Source: Octopus vulgaris (taxonomy: Eukaryota). Taken from it: 64,000 nucleotides of DNA. The DNA lies in NCBI GenBank assembly GCA_951406725.2, contig OX597833.1, forward strand, positions 65,782,001 through 65,846,000. The letters run 5' to 3'. Below, one piece after another: positions 27,621-41,495 of the stretch. Numbering within the stretch: the stretch's first letter is position 1; every line of letters begins with the position of its first letter. Made by a program: the position numbers and the translations under genes. The notes below the pieces were generated by a model that saw only the letters and a list, made by a program, of their open reading frames with translations, had not been told where the DNA came from and did no database searches.

Positions 27621-28087
27621 AAGAAAAAGAAGAAGAAGAAGAAGAAGAAGAAGAAGAAGAAGAAGAAGAAGAGGAAGACGAAGAAGCAGGAGGAGGAGGG
27701 GGAGAGGCAGGAGAAGAAGGAGAAGAAGGAGAAGGAGAAGAAGAAGAAGAAGAAGAAGAAGAAGAAGAAGAAGGGGAAGAAGAAGAAAAAGAAGAAGAAG
27801 AATGGGAAGAAGAAGGAGCAGAAGGAGAAGAAGAAGAAGAAGAAGAAGAAGAAGAAGAAGAAGAAGAAGGGGAAGAAGAAGAAGAAGGGGAAGAAGAAGG
27901 AGGGGAAGAAGAAGAAAAAGAAGAAGAAGAAGGGGAAGAAGAAGGGGAAGAAGGAGAAGAAGAAGAAGAAGAAGAAGAAGGAGAGGAAGAGGAAGTAGAG
28001 AAAGAATAAGAAGAAGAGGGAGAAGGGTAAGAAGAAGAAGAGGGAGGAGGGTAAGAAGAAGAAGAAGAAGAAGAGGGAGGAGGGTAA

Positions 28088-28121
<34 letters not shown>

Positions 28122-28650
28122 GAAGAATAATAATAAGAAGAAGAAGAAAAGGAAGAAGAAAAGGAAGAAGAAGACAGGAAGAAGAAGAAGAAGAAGACAG
28201 GAAGAAGAAGAAGAAGAAGAAGAAGAAGAAGAAGAAGAAGAAGAAGAGGAAGACGAAGAAGGAGGAGGAGGAGGGGGAGAGGCAGGAGAAGAAGGAGAAG
28301 AAGGAGAAGGAGAAGAAGAAGAAGAAGAAGATGAAGAAGAAGGGGAAGAAGAAGAAGGGGAAGAAGAAGAAGAAGAAGAAGAAGGGGAAGAAGAAGGAGA
28401 AGAAGGAGAAGAAGAAGAAGAAGAAGAAGAAGAAGAAGAAGGGGAAGAAGAAGGAGAGGAAGAGGAAGAAGAAGAAGGGGAAGAAGAAGAAAAAGAAGAA
28501 GAAGAAGGGGAAGAAGAAGGGGAAGAAGGAAGAAGAAGAAGAAGAAGAAGAAGAAGAAGAAGAAGAAGAAGAAGGAGAGGAAGAGGAAGAAGAAGTAGAG
28601 AAAGAATAAGAAGAAGAGGGAGAAGGGTAAGAAGAAGAAGAGGGAGGAGT

Positions 28651-28682
<32 letters not shown>

Positions 28683-28810
28683 AAGAAGAAGAAGAAGAAG
28701 AAGAAGAAGAAGAAGAAGAAGAAGAAGAAGAAGAAGACAGAAGAAGAAGAAGAAGAAGAAGAAGAAGAAGAAGAAGAAGAAGAAGAAGAAGAAGAAGAAG
28801 AAGAAGAAGA
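27620..28810. repeat. ~1.2-kb near-homopurine (GAA)n-based tract with internal ~0.6-kb duplication
   Basis: Diagnostic interruptions recur at ~27671/28246 and ~27995/28595. Confidence 0.92.
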
Positions 28811-29231
28811 ACGCCAACAGTAAACAGGAAGAGAAATATGAAGTGAAACCAGAACATGGCAGCGAGACAAACAACAAGAACAAAACCGTCAGGAGGAGAT
28901 TCTTTTGGTTCCGTTATTCTGAAGAATATGGAGTACCGCAGCACAATTCATTGACAAACAATGTATTGATTATTATTGTTGTTGTTGTCGTTGTTGTTGT
29001 CGTTGCTGTTTTTGTGGGCGGTAACGGGTTTTTCTACCCCCCCCCCCAAAGAATCCTGGTTTGAGAATTACAGAAAATTTCTTCAACATGAACGATGATT
29101 ATGATGATGAGGATGATGAGGATGATGATGGCGTTGGGTGTGGTGGTAGTTGCTTATAATTCAAAATATATAAATATAATATTAATAATAATAATTTGTT
29201 ACGTTTATATATAATAATGATGATGATCATG

Positions 29232-29280
<49 letters not shown>

Positions 29281-29284
<4 letters not shown>

Positions 29285-29368
29285 GATTTCATTTATTTGC
29301 CACAAGGAAGAAGGATGAGGGGAACAATACAAAGACAGACACAAAGTGTGGGGCAATAATAATAATAA

Positions 29369-29431
<63 letters not shown>

Positions 29432-29500
29432 TTTCATTTATTTACCATGAAGGCGAAAGATGAGGGGGGACAATACAGAGGCAGACATAACGTGTGGGGG
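29281..29500 (-). mobile_element. Two SINE tail fragments, each ending in (ATT)n
   Basis: GATTTCATTTATTT.CCA...ACAATACA.AG.CAGACA; related to the Meta-SINE tail; third copy at ~59338-59410. Confidence 0.6.
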
Positions 29501-29542
29501 GTTTATATATAATAATGAACTGATACAAAAAATAAATAAATA

Positions 29543-30530
<988 letters not shown>

Positions 30531-31048
30531 TAACATTGAACTCAGAAAGTTATTTAAAAAAAAGAAAAAAAAATCTTCGACGAAAACATCAGATAATATG
30601 TGTGAGTGAATATACATATATATATACATATACATATGCATGTGGTGAAGAAGAAAAGAGAAAGGAAAAAAATAAATAAATAAATAAATAAACGTAAACA
30701 GGTTTGACCTTTTACTGACCATTAACGTCCTTTTGTCTCCACCATCTACCGTGGCTATTTATAGACCCAAAGAACATGAATTCTTTAACCACCCATTCTC
30801 CAACACAATGGAGTGTTGATGGTGGCTGTGGCTACACATTGAAGATGATGATGGTGATGGTGATGTTGCTGATGATGGTGATGGTGGTGAAGATGATAGT
30901 AATAACAATAATAACTGACAGATCCCGTCTTTTTCCCTTTCTTTTCGTTTCCTTCTCCGTATTTTATTCTCATTATTTCGAACTAATACAGACACAGTAA
31001 GCCTTGAAGAAAGGAAGAGGAGGAAAGGAGGAAAAAAAAAAAAAAAAA

Positions 31049-32499
31049 ATGTCCGGAGATAAAACTATCAACAAAAAAAATACAGACGAATATAGATCTG
31101 CTAGTCTTAAGAAGCGGCGCTATGAGCAATGCTTACATGTAGTGAACCCTAAACTGACAGATCCATCTCCTAATATAAGAATGGATGCTCGTCATGCTTC
31201 AAGGTCAACAAATCAAACAATAAACCGCATTGGTCATTGCGCGGATTACAAAAGACCACGTACCCGAAAATTGAACCAAATCCTGATTGAAAAATCAGTT
31301 ACTGGATCAAATCTTCCCAACACACAGGAGCTGGACGAACCCCACAACCGGAATATTCCAACAGATGGCCATCCATGCTCATCACCAAATAATCAAAAGA
31401 AAAAGAAGGAAAAATGGTCTAGGGAAGATAATAAAGAAGTTCTTGAGGCCTTCTACCATGCCATATATTTCCCCACAAATAAGTCTAGCACTGTACAAGC
31501 ATACTTAAACTGGAGACAGAAACACCCTGAAGTAAGACCCTACATAGACAGTAACAAGCTTGCCAATGTTAGAAGAAACATTATAAAAAAGAAATTACTG
31601 ACTGAAGTAGAGATTGATCAGGTTAGACAAGCAATATCGGATAAAATGAACGAAGCTGCAGCTAGAGAAGATAATACAGAGGAAATGATTATAGACCAGC
31701 CCAGGGCGGATAAAAACGAAGAGAGGATTGAAAGAGTTAGTATAAGTGATAGGCAAAGTGAAATACGCCCTGAACCAATCATAAACACTAAGACAGATGA
31801 GCATCAAATAGATAAAGAAAGTCACACAAATATTGACCCAACAGAACTACATGAGCTAAAAAATCAAATCATGATTGAATGGCTGAAAATTAAAGAAACC
31901 AGCATGGATGAGCGTGATACACTTCCTAAAATCCGCAACTCTAACCAAAACATGAAAATAATTGGTAAAATCCGGCTTGCACTTAAGGATATAATTTCAG
32001 TTAATGATGTTGATATCACAAACCTCAACCACCTATACTATGCATCCGCGAAAATCTCAACGATCCTATGTGGTGTAAAGATTAGAAAACGGCAACAGTC
32101 CCACAAAAAGCCTTCTTGGCAAGAGCGTCTGCAACAACAAATTAAAGTATTTAGATCTGACATTGAATATTTGAAAAACCTTAAGGCTCACAAGACTACC
32201 AAACCTACAAAAACCCAAAAATTACTGAAAAAATACAATATGAAAACTATACTTGATATTGATGCCACCATAGAAACCATCAAACAAAAGGTATCTGCCA
32301 AAGCTGCCCGCATAGCGAGGTATGAAAAGCGTGTTAGATTTTTCAAGGACAACAACATGTTCAAAAATAACACCAAGAATTTTTACAGGAAGATAGGAAA
32401 AACAGCGTTTACTGCAGGGTCTGTACCATCAAAAGAAGAAGTGCAGAGATTTTGGAATAAAATCTGGGCAGAAGAAAAAACACACAACGAAAAGGCCCC
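31049..32499 (+). CDS. R4/Dong polyprotein, N-terminal part (Myb-like region), up to the frameshift
   Basis: KWSREDNKEVLEAFY..W..KLANVRRNI; P.WQERL; RIARYEKR..F..N.K.FYR; FW.KIW...HNEKA are typical R4/Dong pre-RT motifs; start codon uncertain (ATG 31049 or 31181). Confidence 0.8.
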
Positions 32500-34866
32500 T
32501 GGATTGACAGAATATCTACAGAACTGGACCCCTTAGAAGAGCAAAAGTGGGAGGGTGTCAAGGTAGAAGATATAAGATCTGCTCTCAGGAGGTCAAGCAA
32601 ATGGAAGTCTCCAGGAAAGGATAAAATTCCTAACTTCTGGCTGAATGCCTTCCCAGAGAGCCATGAACTGCTAACAGAACTGTACAATGATGTTTTGCAA
32701 CACCCTAGTAGGATGCCTCCTTGGCTAGTTAATGGGTTAACATTCCTGCTTCCAAAAAGTGAAGAAACAAATGAACCAAAAAACTATAGACCCATAACCT
32801 GCTTAACAACTATGTACAAAACACTAACATCTGTCCTGACGGAATATACCTATAGTTTTTTAACAGACAGCAGCATATTCCCTAATGAACAGAAAGGATG
32901 TAAACGTGGATCCTACGGCTGTAAAGACCAACTACTCATCAATAAGATGATCTTAGAAGATTGTCACAAACGACACAAAAACTTATCAATAGCCTGGATA
33001 GACTATAAAAAGGCTTTTGATAGCCTACCACATAGCTGGATTAGGAAATGCCTTGAAATGTATAAGATAGCACCAACTCTGCGAAACTTCTTGACTGTAA
33101 GTATGAGATCATGGAGAACCACACTAACTCTGAACAGTGACAGTGAATCCCTAAATGCTGGTGATGTAAAAATTTCGTGTGGCATTTTCCAGGGTGACTC
33201 ACTGTCACCACTCCTCTTTTGTTTATCCTTAATACTTCTCTCAAAGCTGCTCAATGACGCGCAGTACGGGTATAAAATGTTTGATAAAAATATAAATCAT
33301 CTCGTTTACATGGATGATTTAAAGCTTTTTGCAAAAAATGATCAACAACTCAAGGGCTTACTAGCGATAGCCAAACAATTCAGTGACGACATCAGAATGC
33401 AATTCGGCCTCGATAAATGTGCAAAGGCTACCTTTATCAAAGGAAAAATGACAGAAACATCTAACGTTAACCTTGACCAACAGAATGTCATAAAAGAACT
33501 AGACCCAGCGGAGAGCTACAAGTACCTAGGGGTAATTGAAGGGAACGGAATAAGGCATTCAGAGATGAAGGAAAGGATCAGGAAAGAATGCTATCGAAGA
33601 GTGAGAGCAATACTCAAGACAGAGCTGAATGCAAGAAACAGGATCGAAGCAATCAATGCATTAGCTATACCAGTCGTGACTTACAGTTTCAATATTGTTA
33701 ACTGGTCAATTACTGAAATATGTCAGCTCGACAGAAAAATAAGGAAACTGTTGACAATGCATAGAATGCACCACCCTAAGGCAGATACAGAACGACTCTA
33801 TCTGCCAAGAAAAGAGGGAGGCCGTGGTCTTTTGCAACTGGCAATAACAATGAAGATTGCTACAATTGGCCTAGACACCTACCTGAAAAACTCTGAGGAC
33901 TGGATGTTAAAACTTGTCTCAAAACATGAAAACAAGAAAGCATCATACTCAGTCACAAAACAGGCAAAGGAATATCTAAGTGAATTCCGAATACAACCAA
34001 TTTCGGAATTAGAGATAGACATACAAGAAACAAGCACAGAAAAAGCTAGGCGCATGAAAACCCGTGCCAAAACTGCGGCCTTAGATATTCTGAATAATAA
34101 ATGGCAAGAAAAACCTCTCTATGGCAAATACCCAAAGAGAGCGAATAATGCAGATATCGACAAAGCCCTGACCCATCAATGGCTAATGGCCTCTGGCTTA
34201 AAATCTGAAACAGAGGGGTTTATCATAGCAGCTCAAGATCAATGCCTACCAACAAGAAACTACCAGGCCAACATATTAAAGATCAGAAGCAGTCCAACGT
34301 GTCGTGTATGCAAGCAACAAAATGAAACCATTGACCATGTGGTCTCCAAGTGCAGTCTTCTAGCGCCTACAGAGTATCTCAACAGGCACGATAGAGCTGC
34401 ACAATATATTCACTGGGTAATCTGTAAAAACCTGGATTTGCCCCATGAAAAAAACTGGTGGGAACACAAACCACCCCCAGTGCTTGAAAATGACCACATC
34501 TCACTCCTCTGGAACTTCACCATTCAAACTGACAGGAAGATAGATGCAAATAGGCCAGACATCATATTGAAAGACTTCAAACAAAGAACATGCCTCCTCA
34601 TTGATATGACTGTCCCAATCGATATAAACGTATCTGTCAGGACCTACCAAAAACTGAGCAAATATAAAGATCTTGAAATAGAAATCAGCAAAATGTGGAA
34701 GCTGAAGACTAAAACAATACCTGTTGTCATAGGTGCCCTGGGAATGATAGCAAAAGGGGCTGATAGCTACCTAACTCAGATACCAGGAAACCCAAAAATG
34801 GCAGAAGTTCAAAAGATAGTGCTCATGGGAACTGCTCATATCCTACGCAAAATACTCTCTATGTAA
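32500..34866 (+). CDS. R4/Dong polyprotein, C-terminal part: RT, CCHC knuckle, restriction-like endonuclease
   Basis: Open from 32500: KWKSPGKD, NYRPITCL, QKGC, WIDYKKAFDS, GIFQGDSLSP, YMDDLK, YKYLG, GGRGL, CRVC..ETIDHVVSKC, RHD, RPDIILKD...LIDMTVP, KLSKY. Confidence 0.93.
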   Translation, partial: WIDRISTELDPLEEQKWEGVKVEDIRSALRRSSKWKSPGKDKIPNFWLNAFPESHELLTELYNDVLQHPSRMPPWLVNGLTFLLPKSEETNEPKNYRPITCLTTMYKTLTSVLTEYTYSFLTDSSIFPNEQKGCKRGSYGCKDQLLINKMILEDCHKRHKNLSIAWIDYKKAFDSLPHSWIRKCLEMYKIAPTLRNFLTVSMRSWRTTLTLNSDSESLNAGDVKISCGIFQGDSLSPLLFCLSLILLSKLLNDAQYGYKMFDKNINHLVYMDDLKLFAKNDQQLKGLLAIAKQFSDDIRMQFGLDKCAKATFIKGKMTETSNVNLDQQNVIKELDPAESYKYLGVIEGNGIRHSEMKERIRKECYRRVRAILKTELNARNRIEAINALAIPVVTYSFNIVNWSITEICQLDRKIRKLLTMHRMHHPKADTERLYLPRKEGGRGLLQLAITMKIATIGLDTYLKNSEDWMLKLVSKHENKKASYSVTKQAKEYLSEFRIQPISELEIDIQETSTEKARRMKTRAKTAALDILNNKWQEKPLYGKYPKRANNADIDKALTHQWLMASGLKSETEGFIIAAQDQCLPTRNYQANILKIRSSPTCRVCKQQNETIDHVVSKCSLLAPTEYLNRHDRAAQYIHWVICKNLDLPHEKNWWEHKPPPVLENDHISLLWNFTIQTDRKIDANRPDIILKDFKQRTCLLIDMTVPIDINVSVRTYQKLSKYKDLEIEISKMWKLKTKTIPVVIGALGMIAKGADSYLTQIPGNPKMAEVQKIVLMGTAHILRKILSM

Positions 34867-35081
34867 CCTCAAGGTTTAAAACAACCATAATTTTCGGTTT
34901 AAAAAAAAAAAAAAAAAAAAAAATTTTTTTTTAGACATTCATTAGTACAACATCCCCACCCCCCAAATATATGGCACACTAGGCATAACAACAACATGAA
35001 CTTCCAACCCTGTTGTCTCTTGAGGTCTCTGGGTGAGACTTGGAGCCAACTTGTACAAATATAAAGCAAAAGTCAAACATA

Positions 35082-35179
<98 letters not shown>

Positions 35180-35203
35180 GTAATAATAATAATAACAATA
35201 ATA

Positions 35204-35657
35204 ATATGACTGTCTCAATCGACATAAACGTATCTGTCAAAACCTACCAAAAATTGAGCAAGTATAAAGATCTTGAAATAGAAATTAGCAAAATGTGGAA
35301 CCAGAAGACTAAAACAATACCTGTTGTCATAGGTGCCCTAGGAGTGATAGCAAAACGGGCTGATTGCTACCTAGCTCAGATACCAGGAAACCCCAAAATA
35401 GCAGTAATTCAAAGGATAGTGCTCGTGGAAATTGCCCATATCCTACGTAAAATACTGTCTAGGTAATTTCAAATTTCTAAACAAACACAATTCTCTTATG
35501 GTTTCTTAAACATTCTCTAGGACAACACTATGAACAAAACCAAATATATGACACCCTAGGCATAACACCAACATGAACTTCTAACTTGTTGTCTCTTGAG
35601 GTCTCTGGGTGAGACTTGGAGCCAACTTGTACAAATGCAAAGCAAAAGTCAAACATA
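35204..35657 (+). mobile_element. 5'-truncated R4/Dong subfamily A copy, head-to-tail behind the full copy
   Basis: MTVSIDINVSVKTYQKLSKY...ILRKILSR plus the same 3' UTR; (AAT)n upstream, (GAA)n downstream. Confidence 0.92.
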
Positions 35658-36155
35658 AAAGAAGACGAAGAAGAAGAAGAAGAAGAAGAAGAAGAAGAAG
35701 AAGGAGGAGGAGGAGGAGGAGGAGGAGGAGGTGGTGGAGGGGAGTAGAAGAAGAATGAGGAGGAGGAGGAGGAGGAGAATAGAAGAAGAATGAGGAGGAG
35801 AAGGAAGAGGAGGAGGAGGAGGAGGTGGAGGAGAATAGAAGAAGAAGAAGAAGAAGAAGAAGAAGAAGAAGAAGAAGAAGAAGAAGAAGAAGAAGAAGAA
35901 GAAGAAGAAGAAGAAGAAGAAGAAGCAGAAGAAGAAGAAGAAGAAGAAGAAGAAGAAGAAGAAGAAGAAGAAGAAGAAGAAGAAGAAGAAGAAGAAGAAG
36001 AGAAGAGGAAGAAGAAGAAGAAGAAGAAGAAGAAGAAGAGAAGAAGAAGAAGAAGAAGAAGAAGAAGAAGAAGAAGAAGAAGAAGAAGAAGAAGAAGAAG
36101 AAAGAAGAAGAAGAAGAAGAAGAACAACAAGAAGAAGAAGAAGAACAACAACAAG

Positions 36156-36187
<32 letters not shown>

Positions 36188-36250
36188 GAACAACAACAAG
36201 AACAAGAAGAAGAACAAGAACAAGAACAAGAAGAACAAGAAGAACAAGAA
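35658..36250. repeat. (GAA)n/(GGA)n/(CAA)n compound tract
   Basis: Read directly. Confidence 0.95.
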
Positions 36251-37167
36251 TTCTTTTAATCTTTTTTTCTTTTTTATTAAGAAATAACGACACCTAAATG
36301 AAGGTGCCGGGAACAACTTGAGGTTAATGATACCGGACAGGATTTTAATGTTAAACCCGCTTTAAAATTGAACCCTCGGAAGAATTGGGATGGCCGAGTA
36401 AGAAGAAGAAAAAGAATATAATGGAAACGATAACTTACATATTCATTCTTAATGAGTTCCGGCCGAGTCGGACGTGAATATGCTAATCGCTGGTGTGTTT
36501 CATCATCGGAGAACAACACCTCCTTTCATATGATGGCGTTTTCATAACTAACTCAACCTAAACAGTAATTTGTCTCGTTAAAATTTCCTCTGCTTATCTC
36601 CTGCTTTAGTTACTGTGTGCCTAATTCTATGTTGCCTTCTTAATTCAATTCCCTGCAAATATGTATGTATATTTATGTATGTATATATGTATGTATGTAT
36701 ATTTATGTGTATAACTGTATATATATATATATATGCGTATATATGTATAGCATATGTACATGTATGCGTGTTTGTATATCTTTGAATTAGTAATACGTCC
36801 TTCTGTACATTGTATAACATCTCTCATTCATCCTTTCCTATGTGTAAATGTGTTTTATTCACACAAAACTTAATCTTTTCATTTTTTTGAAATCCCTTAC
36901 GTGAGATTTTTATCTTATGTACTTTTCCAACTCCTTGTCATAAATACACAAAGGAATATTATTAATTATTATCACTATCATTATTATTATTATTATTGTT
37001 ATTATTATTATTACTATTATTATTATTATTACTATTATTATTATTATTGTTGTTGTTGTTATTGTAATTATTAATATGATTACGTTTTGCCTATTGTGGT
37101 TCTTATTTATCTGGTTATTGTCATTAAAACTTTCATGTATATAAGGCGTCTGTATTATCACAGTTGC

Positions 37168-37205
<38 letters not shown>

Positions 37206-37283
37206 CCGGCGTTGCCTACGTCATCGTTGTCATTAACATCATTAACAATATCATTTACCATCACCATCATCACCGTCACCATT

Positions 37284-37314
<31 letters not shown>

Positions 37315-37337
37315 CCATCATCATCATCTTCATCATT

Positions 37338-37368
<31 letters not shown>

Positions 37369-37497
37369 CCATCATCATCATCATTATCATCGTATCATCA
37401 TCATCGTATTCAACAACACTCATAACGAGAAAATTTCAAAGGAAAATTTCGAAGAATAATCGAGTTACATGTGGGCGTGTCTGAGTGCAGGAGTTTG

Positions 37498-37538
<41 letters not shown>

Positions 37539-37654
37539 TGATGTGGAGGAGGAGAACGAGGAGGAAGATGAAGCCTTGTGATTCGTGCCCAAGCAGAATG
37601 ATGACAATACTAAACTACACAGTAATAAAATAATAGTCGTAATAACAACAACTG

Positions 37655-38138
<484 letters not shown>

Positions 38139-38140
<2 letters not shown>

Positions 38141-38354
38141 TCCTTTCTGCTGTAGACACAAGGCCGGAAATTTTGGAGGAGGGGACATGTCCATTAGATC
38201 GACCTGAGTACGCAACTGCTACTTAATTTATCGGCCCCGAAAGAATGAAAGGCAAAGTTAATTTCGGTGGAATTTGAACTCAGAACGTAGCGGCAGACGA
38301 AATACCGCTAAGCATTTCGCCCGGCGTGTTGACGATTCTGCCAGCTCGCCGCCC
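38139..38354 (-). mobile_element. Meta-domain SINE monomer with (ATT)n tail
   Basis: Head GGGCGGCGAGCTGGCAGAATCG, tail CCTTGTGTCTACAGCAGAAAGGATTATT. Confidence 0.9.
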
Positions 38355-38422
38355 TAGTAGTGATTATAATAATAATGATAATCACCGATAGCAGTAGCAG
38401 CAGCAACAGCAGCAGCAGCAGC

Positions 38423-38483
<61 letters not shown>

Positions 38484-38519
38484 CAGCAGCACAGCCGACG
38501 CAGAAGTGTTGCTTCTGTT

Positions 38520-38695
38520 CTTTTATTGTTATATTTGTTTCAGTCATTTGACTGCGGCCATGAGCACCGCCTTTAGTCAAATAAATCAACCCCAGGACTC
38601 ATTCATTGTAAGCTTAGTACTTATTCTATCGGTCACTTTTGCCGAACTGGTTTGTCAAGCGATAATAGAGGGACAAACGCAGACACACAAACATA
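38520..38695 (-). mobile_element. Family 2 SINE 3' half
   Basis: TTGTTTCAGTCATTTGACTGCGGCCATG. Confidence 0.85.
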
Positions 38696-38707
38696 TAAAT
38701 ATGCATG

Positions 38708-38760
<53 letters not shown>

Positions 38761-38982
38761 TGTGTGTGTGTGTGTGTGTGTCTGTGTGTGTGTGTATGCG
38801 TCAACATTGAAATATTTCGATTTGTCAACATTGAAACTTATAACGATGTTTTTCTAGTTTTACACTTTTACCATTCATAAACATTGTTGAAACTAGGTTC
38901 GTATATATGTAAATAAATGTATATTTAACATTTACGGTTTTTTTAAATGTAAGTGAATTTTCAGCAACACATTTTCCAATAT

Positions 38983-39298
38983 ACTTTTACACTTTTACTT
39001 GTTTCAGTCATTTGACTGCGGCCATGCTAAGTGACGGGGACGTAAACACACCAGCATCGGTTGTCAAGCAATGCTAGGGGGACAAACACAGACACACAAA
39101 CATATACACACACACACACATATATATGTATACATATATACGAAAGGCTTCTTTCCGTTTCCGTCTACAAATCACCTGTGTGTGTGGTCGGCCCGAGGCT
39201 ATAGCAGAAGACACTTACCCAAGATGCTATGCAGTGGGACTGAACCCGGAACCATGTGGTTTGTTAGCAAGCTACTTACCACACAGCCACTCCTGCGA
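38983..39298 (-). mobile_element. Family 2 SINE with internal deletion
   Basis: Head and tail present, middle of the tail missing. Confidence 0.88.
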
Positions 39299-39436
39299 CT
39301 ATATATATATATATATATGTGCACTCCATAAATAATATCCTCATAAACAAACCAGAAAGGCTTTGTGAATTACGACGAGAAAGCTACACTGGAAGGCTCA
39401 TTGTACAATAACTGTATAATAACTGTATATAATATA

Positions 39437-39969
39437 CTAGCAGTATCGCCCGGCGTTGCTCGGGTTTGTAAGGGAAATAACTATATAAGCATTTTTAGAG
39501 AGTTATAGCCAAAAAATAGCAAAAGTAATGCATTGAAAATGGAAAAAAAAATATGGTAAATTTTTTTTTTATCGTTGACTCATCGTAGACATTTTCTGTT
39601 TTGGTGTCTTCAAGCCATGAAGTCGTTGTTTAAAAGAACGCTGGTCTCATTGACAACGCTTTACGACGTTGATTTCCTTACACTCCCTTCCCCACAGCTT
39701 CACAGGTGCAGGCGTGAGCGTGGACGCCAACTCCGCCGCCATCGACACACGAAAAATTATGCATTAAAATGGAATAAAAAATTATGTTAAATTATTTTAA
39801 AAATCGTAGACTCATCGTAGACGCGCGCTAATACTCAGACGGGCTCGATATGAATCACGACTATAAGATACCCGAATTTGATTAAACTGCACCGCAAAAT
39901 GTGGGAGGAGTTAGGAATCTAAATCGTAGGAGACAGACACTCACACAACTACAGTTTTATATATATAGA
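39437..39969 (-). mobile_element. Non-autonomous Helitron
   Basis: Minus strand A|TCTATATATATAAA... 5' end, hairpin CCCG-AGCAACGC-CGGG shortly before the terminal CTAG|T, no TSD. Confidence 0.85.
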
Positions 39970-40024
39970 TATATATCATAATGGTATTTATTCTTCAATT
40001 TTGAAGCGGCAATTTTTAAATATA

Positions 40025-40067
<43 letters not shown>

Positions 40068-40427
40068 ATGAATTGAAAGAACAAGTACAAATGAATCTAT
40101 AAATAGATAAGTGTTAATAAGTTTGGTAAATTATTCTTAGGGTGGTAAAAAAGGAAAGAGCTAAGCGATTTGATTGACGTGTCTTTCAAACGGTCAGGAT
40201 AACCTGTACACCAGGGAGAAGCTGACAAACTATTCGTCTAATTAAAAGCTTTTGTCTGTTTAAGCGACAGTTCAATAAATCCGTTTCAGTTTGTTCAAAG
40301 CATTGAAACGAACTGAGAATTTCAGGCGCAATTAAGACAATAATTAAAAATAGCCATATTAGTACACCAACCACCTTGTATATAACAGAGAGAGAAAGAG
40401 AAAGAGAGGGAGAGATATATATATATA

Positions 40428-40477
<50 letters not shown>

Positions 40478-40487
40478 TATACATAAC

Positions 40488-40593
40488 AAAAGACTTGTTT
40501 TATTTATATTTCCTGAGCGCCATACTAATACAATTGTTTGTTTGTTTTCCACCTGCCTTCGTCTTTTGTCTATTTTCATAAAGCTTCCCGTTA
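40488..40593 (+). mobile_element. H1 element 3' half, beginning just after the HHR, within (TA)n
   Basis: AAAAGAC...TTCCTGAGCGCCATACTAATACA...CCTGCCTTCGTCTTTTG. Confidence 0.75.
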
Positions 40594-40596
40594 TAT

Positions 40597-40698
<102 letters not shown>

Positions 40699-41354
40699 AG
40701 CAGAATTTCGCAAGAGAAGATATAAATATATTGCTTTTAGATAAATTGAAGAAACAAAATCACTGTTAATAAAAATAGTATTCACACTGCATTCGTACAA
40801 AAGCTTCGTGAGAATAACTGTAAACTTATAGCATTTTAAGCATCGCAATTTCTTTGAGAAAATCATGACGAATGTTCCAACTAAATATGTACCCACAAAG
40901 AGAAACACTTCATCTCCTCCAAGCCATTGTAAAGGTTTGAAATATGTGAATTATTACTCGCAAAAGAAAATTCCCGGTTCAAGTAAAATATCATTTCTCG
41001 TAGCTAAAGATAATTAGAAACTGATAATTGTTTAACATTTATAAATAGATAGTGTAATTAAGAGATTAATTTGGAAACAAAATCTTAAATACTCGATTCC
41101 TAAAAAAAAAAGTAAAATATATAAGCACTTCCCGCCGGAACATTGTTGTTTTAACATTTTTTTTCTTTTCTTTTTTTCTCTTGTTTATCTCACCTTTACT
41201 CTTCACAAGGCTCCGTTAGTTAAATCTTTGTTCTTATTTCTTTATCTTGTTATCTGAATCAGCATCTCTTACTTTTCTTCTTCTGAACTTTGATCCGCAT
41301 AGATGTCAAAATATTGGCATGTATATATCTTTACATATATGAGAGTGTGTCTGC

Positions 41355-41399
<45 letters not shown>

Positions 41400-41462
41400 T
41401 ATGAATGTATGTATGTATATTTCTATATTTCTTCATCTACTATCTATTTTAAACACTCAAAC

Positions 41463-41495
<33 letters not shown>

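Larger units (their letters stand above)
30913..35082 (+). mobile_element. Near-intact R4/Dong-clade RLE non-LTR retrotransposon, subfamily A; 5' boundary approximate
   Basis: Long RT-RLE polyprotein, ~215-nt 3' UTR ending CAAACATAG directly followed by (AAT)n. Confidence 0.93.

Noticed and set aside
27334-29064. 400-536-aa poly-S/E/R/K/L ORFs
   Set aside because: Translation of the (GAA)n tract
32461-32536. Programmed -1 frameshift between two Dong ORFs
   Set aside because: No correctly phased slippery heptamer; the conserved HN..A.W motif places the break in the C-run, and R4/Dong elements are single-ORF
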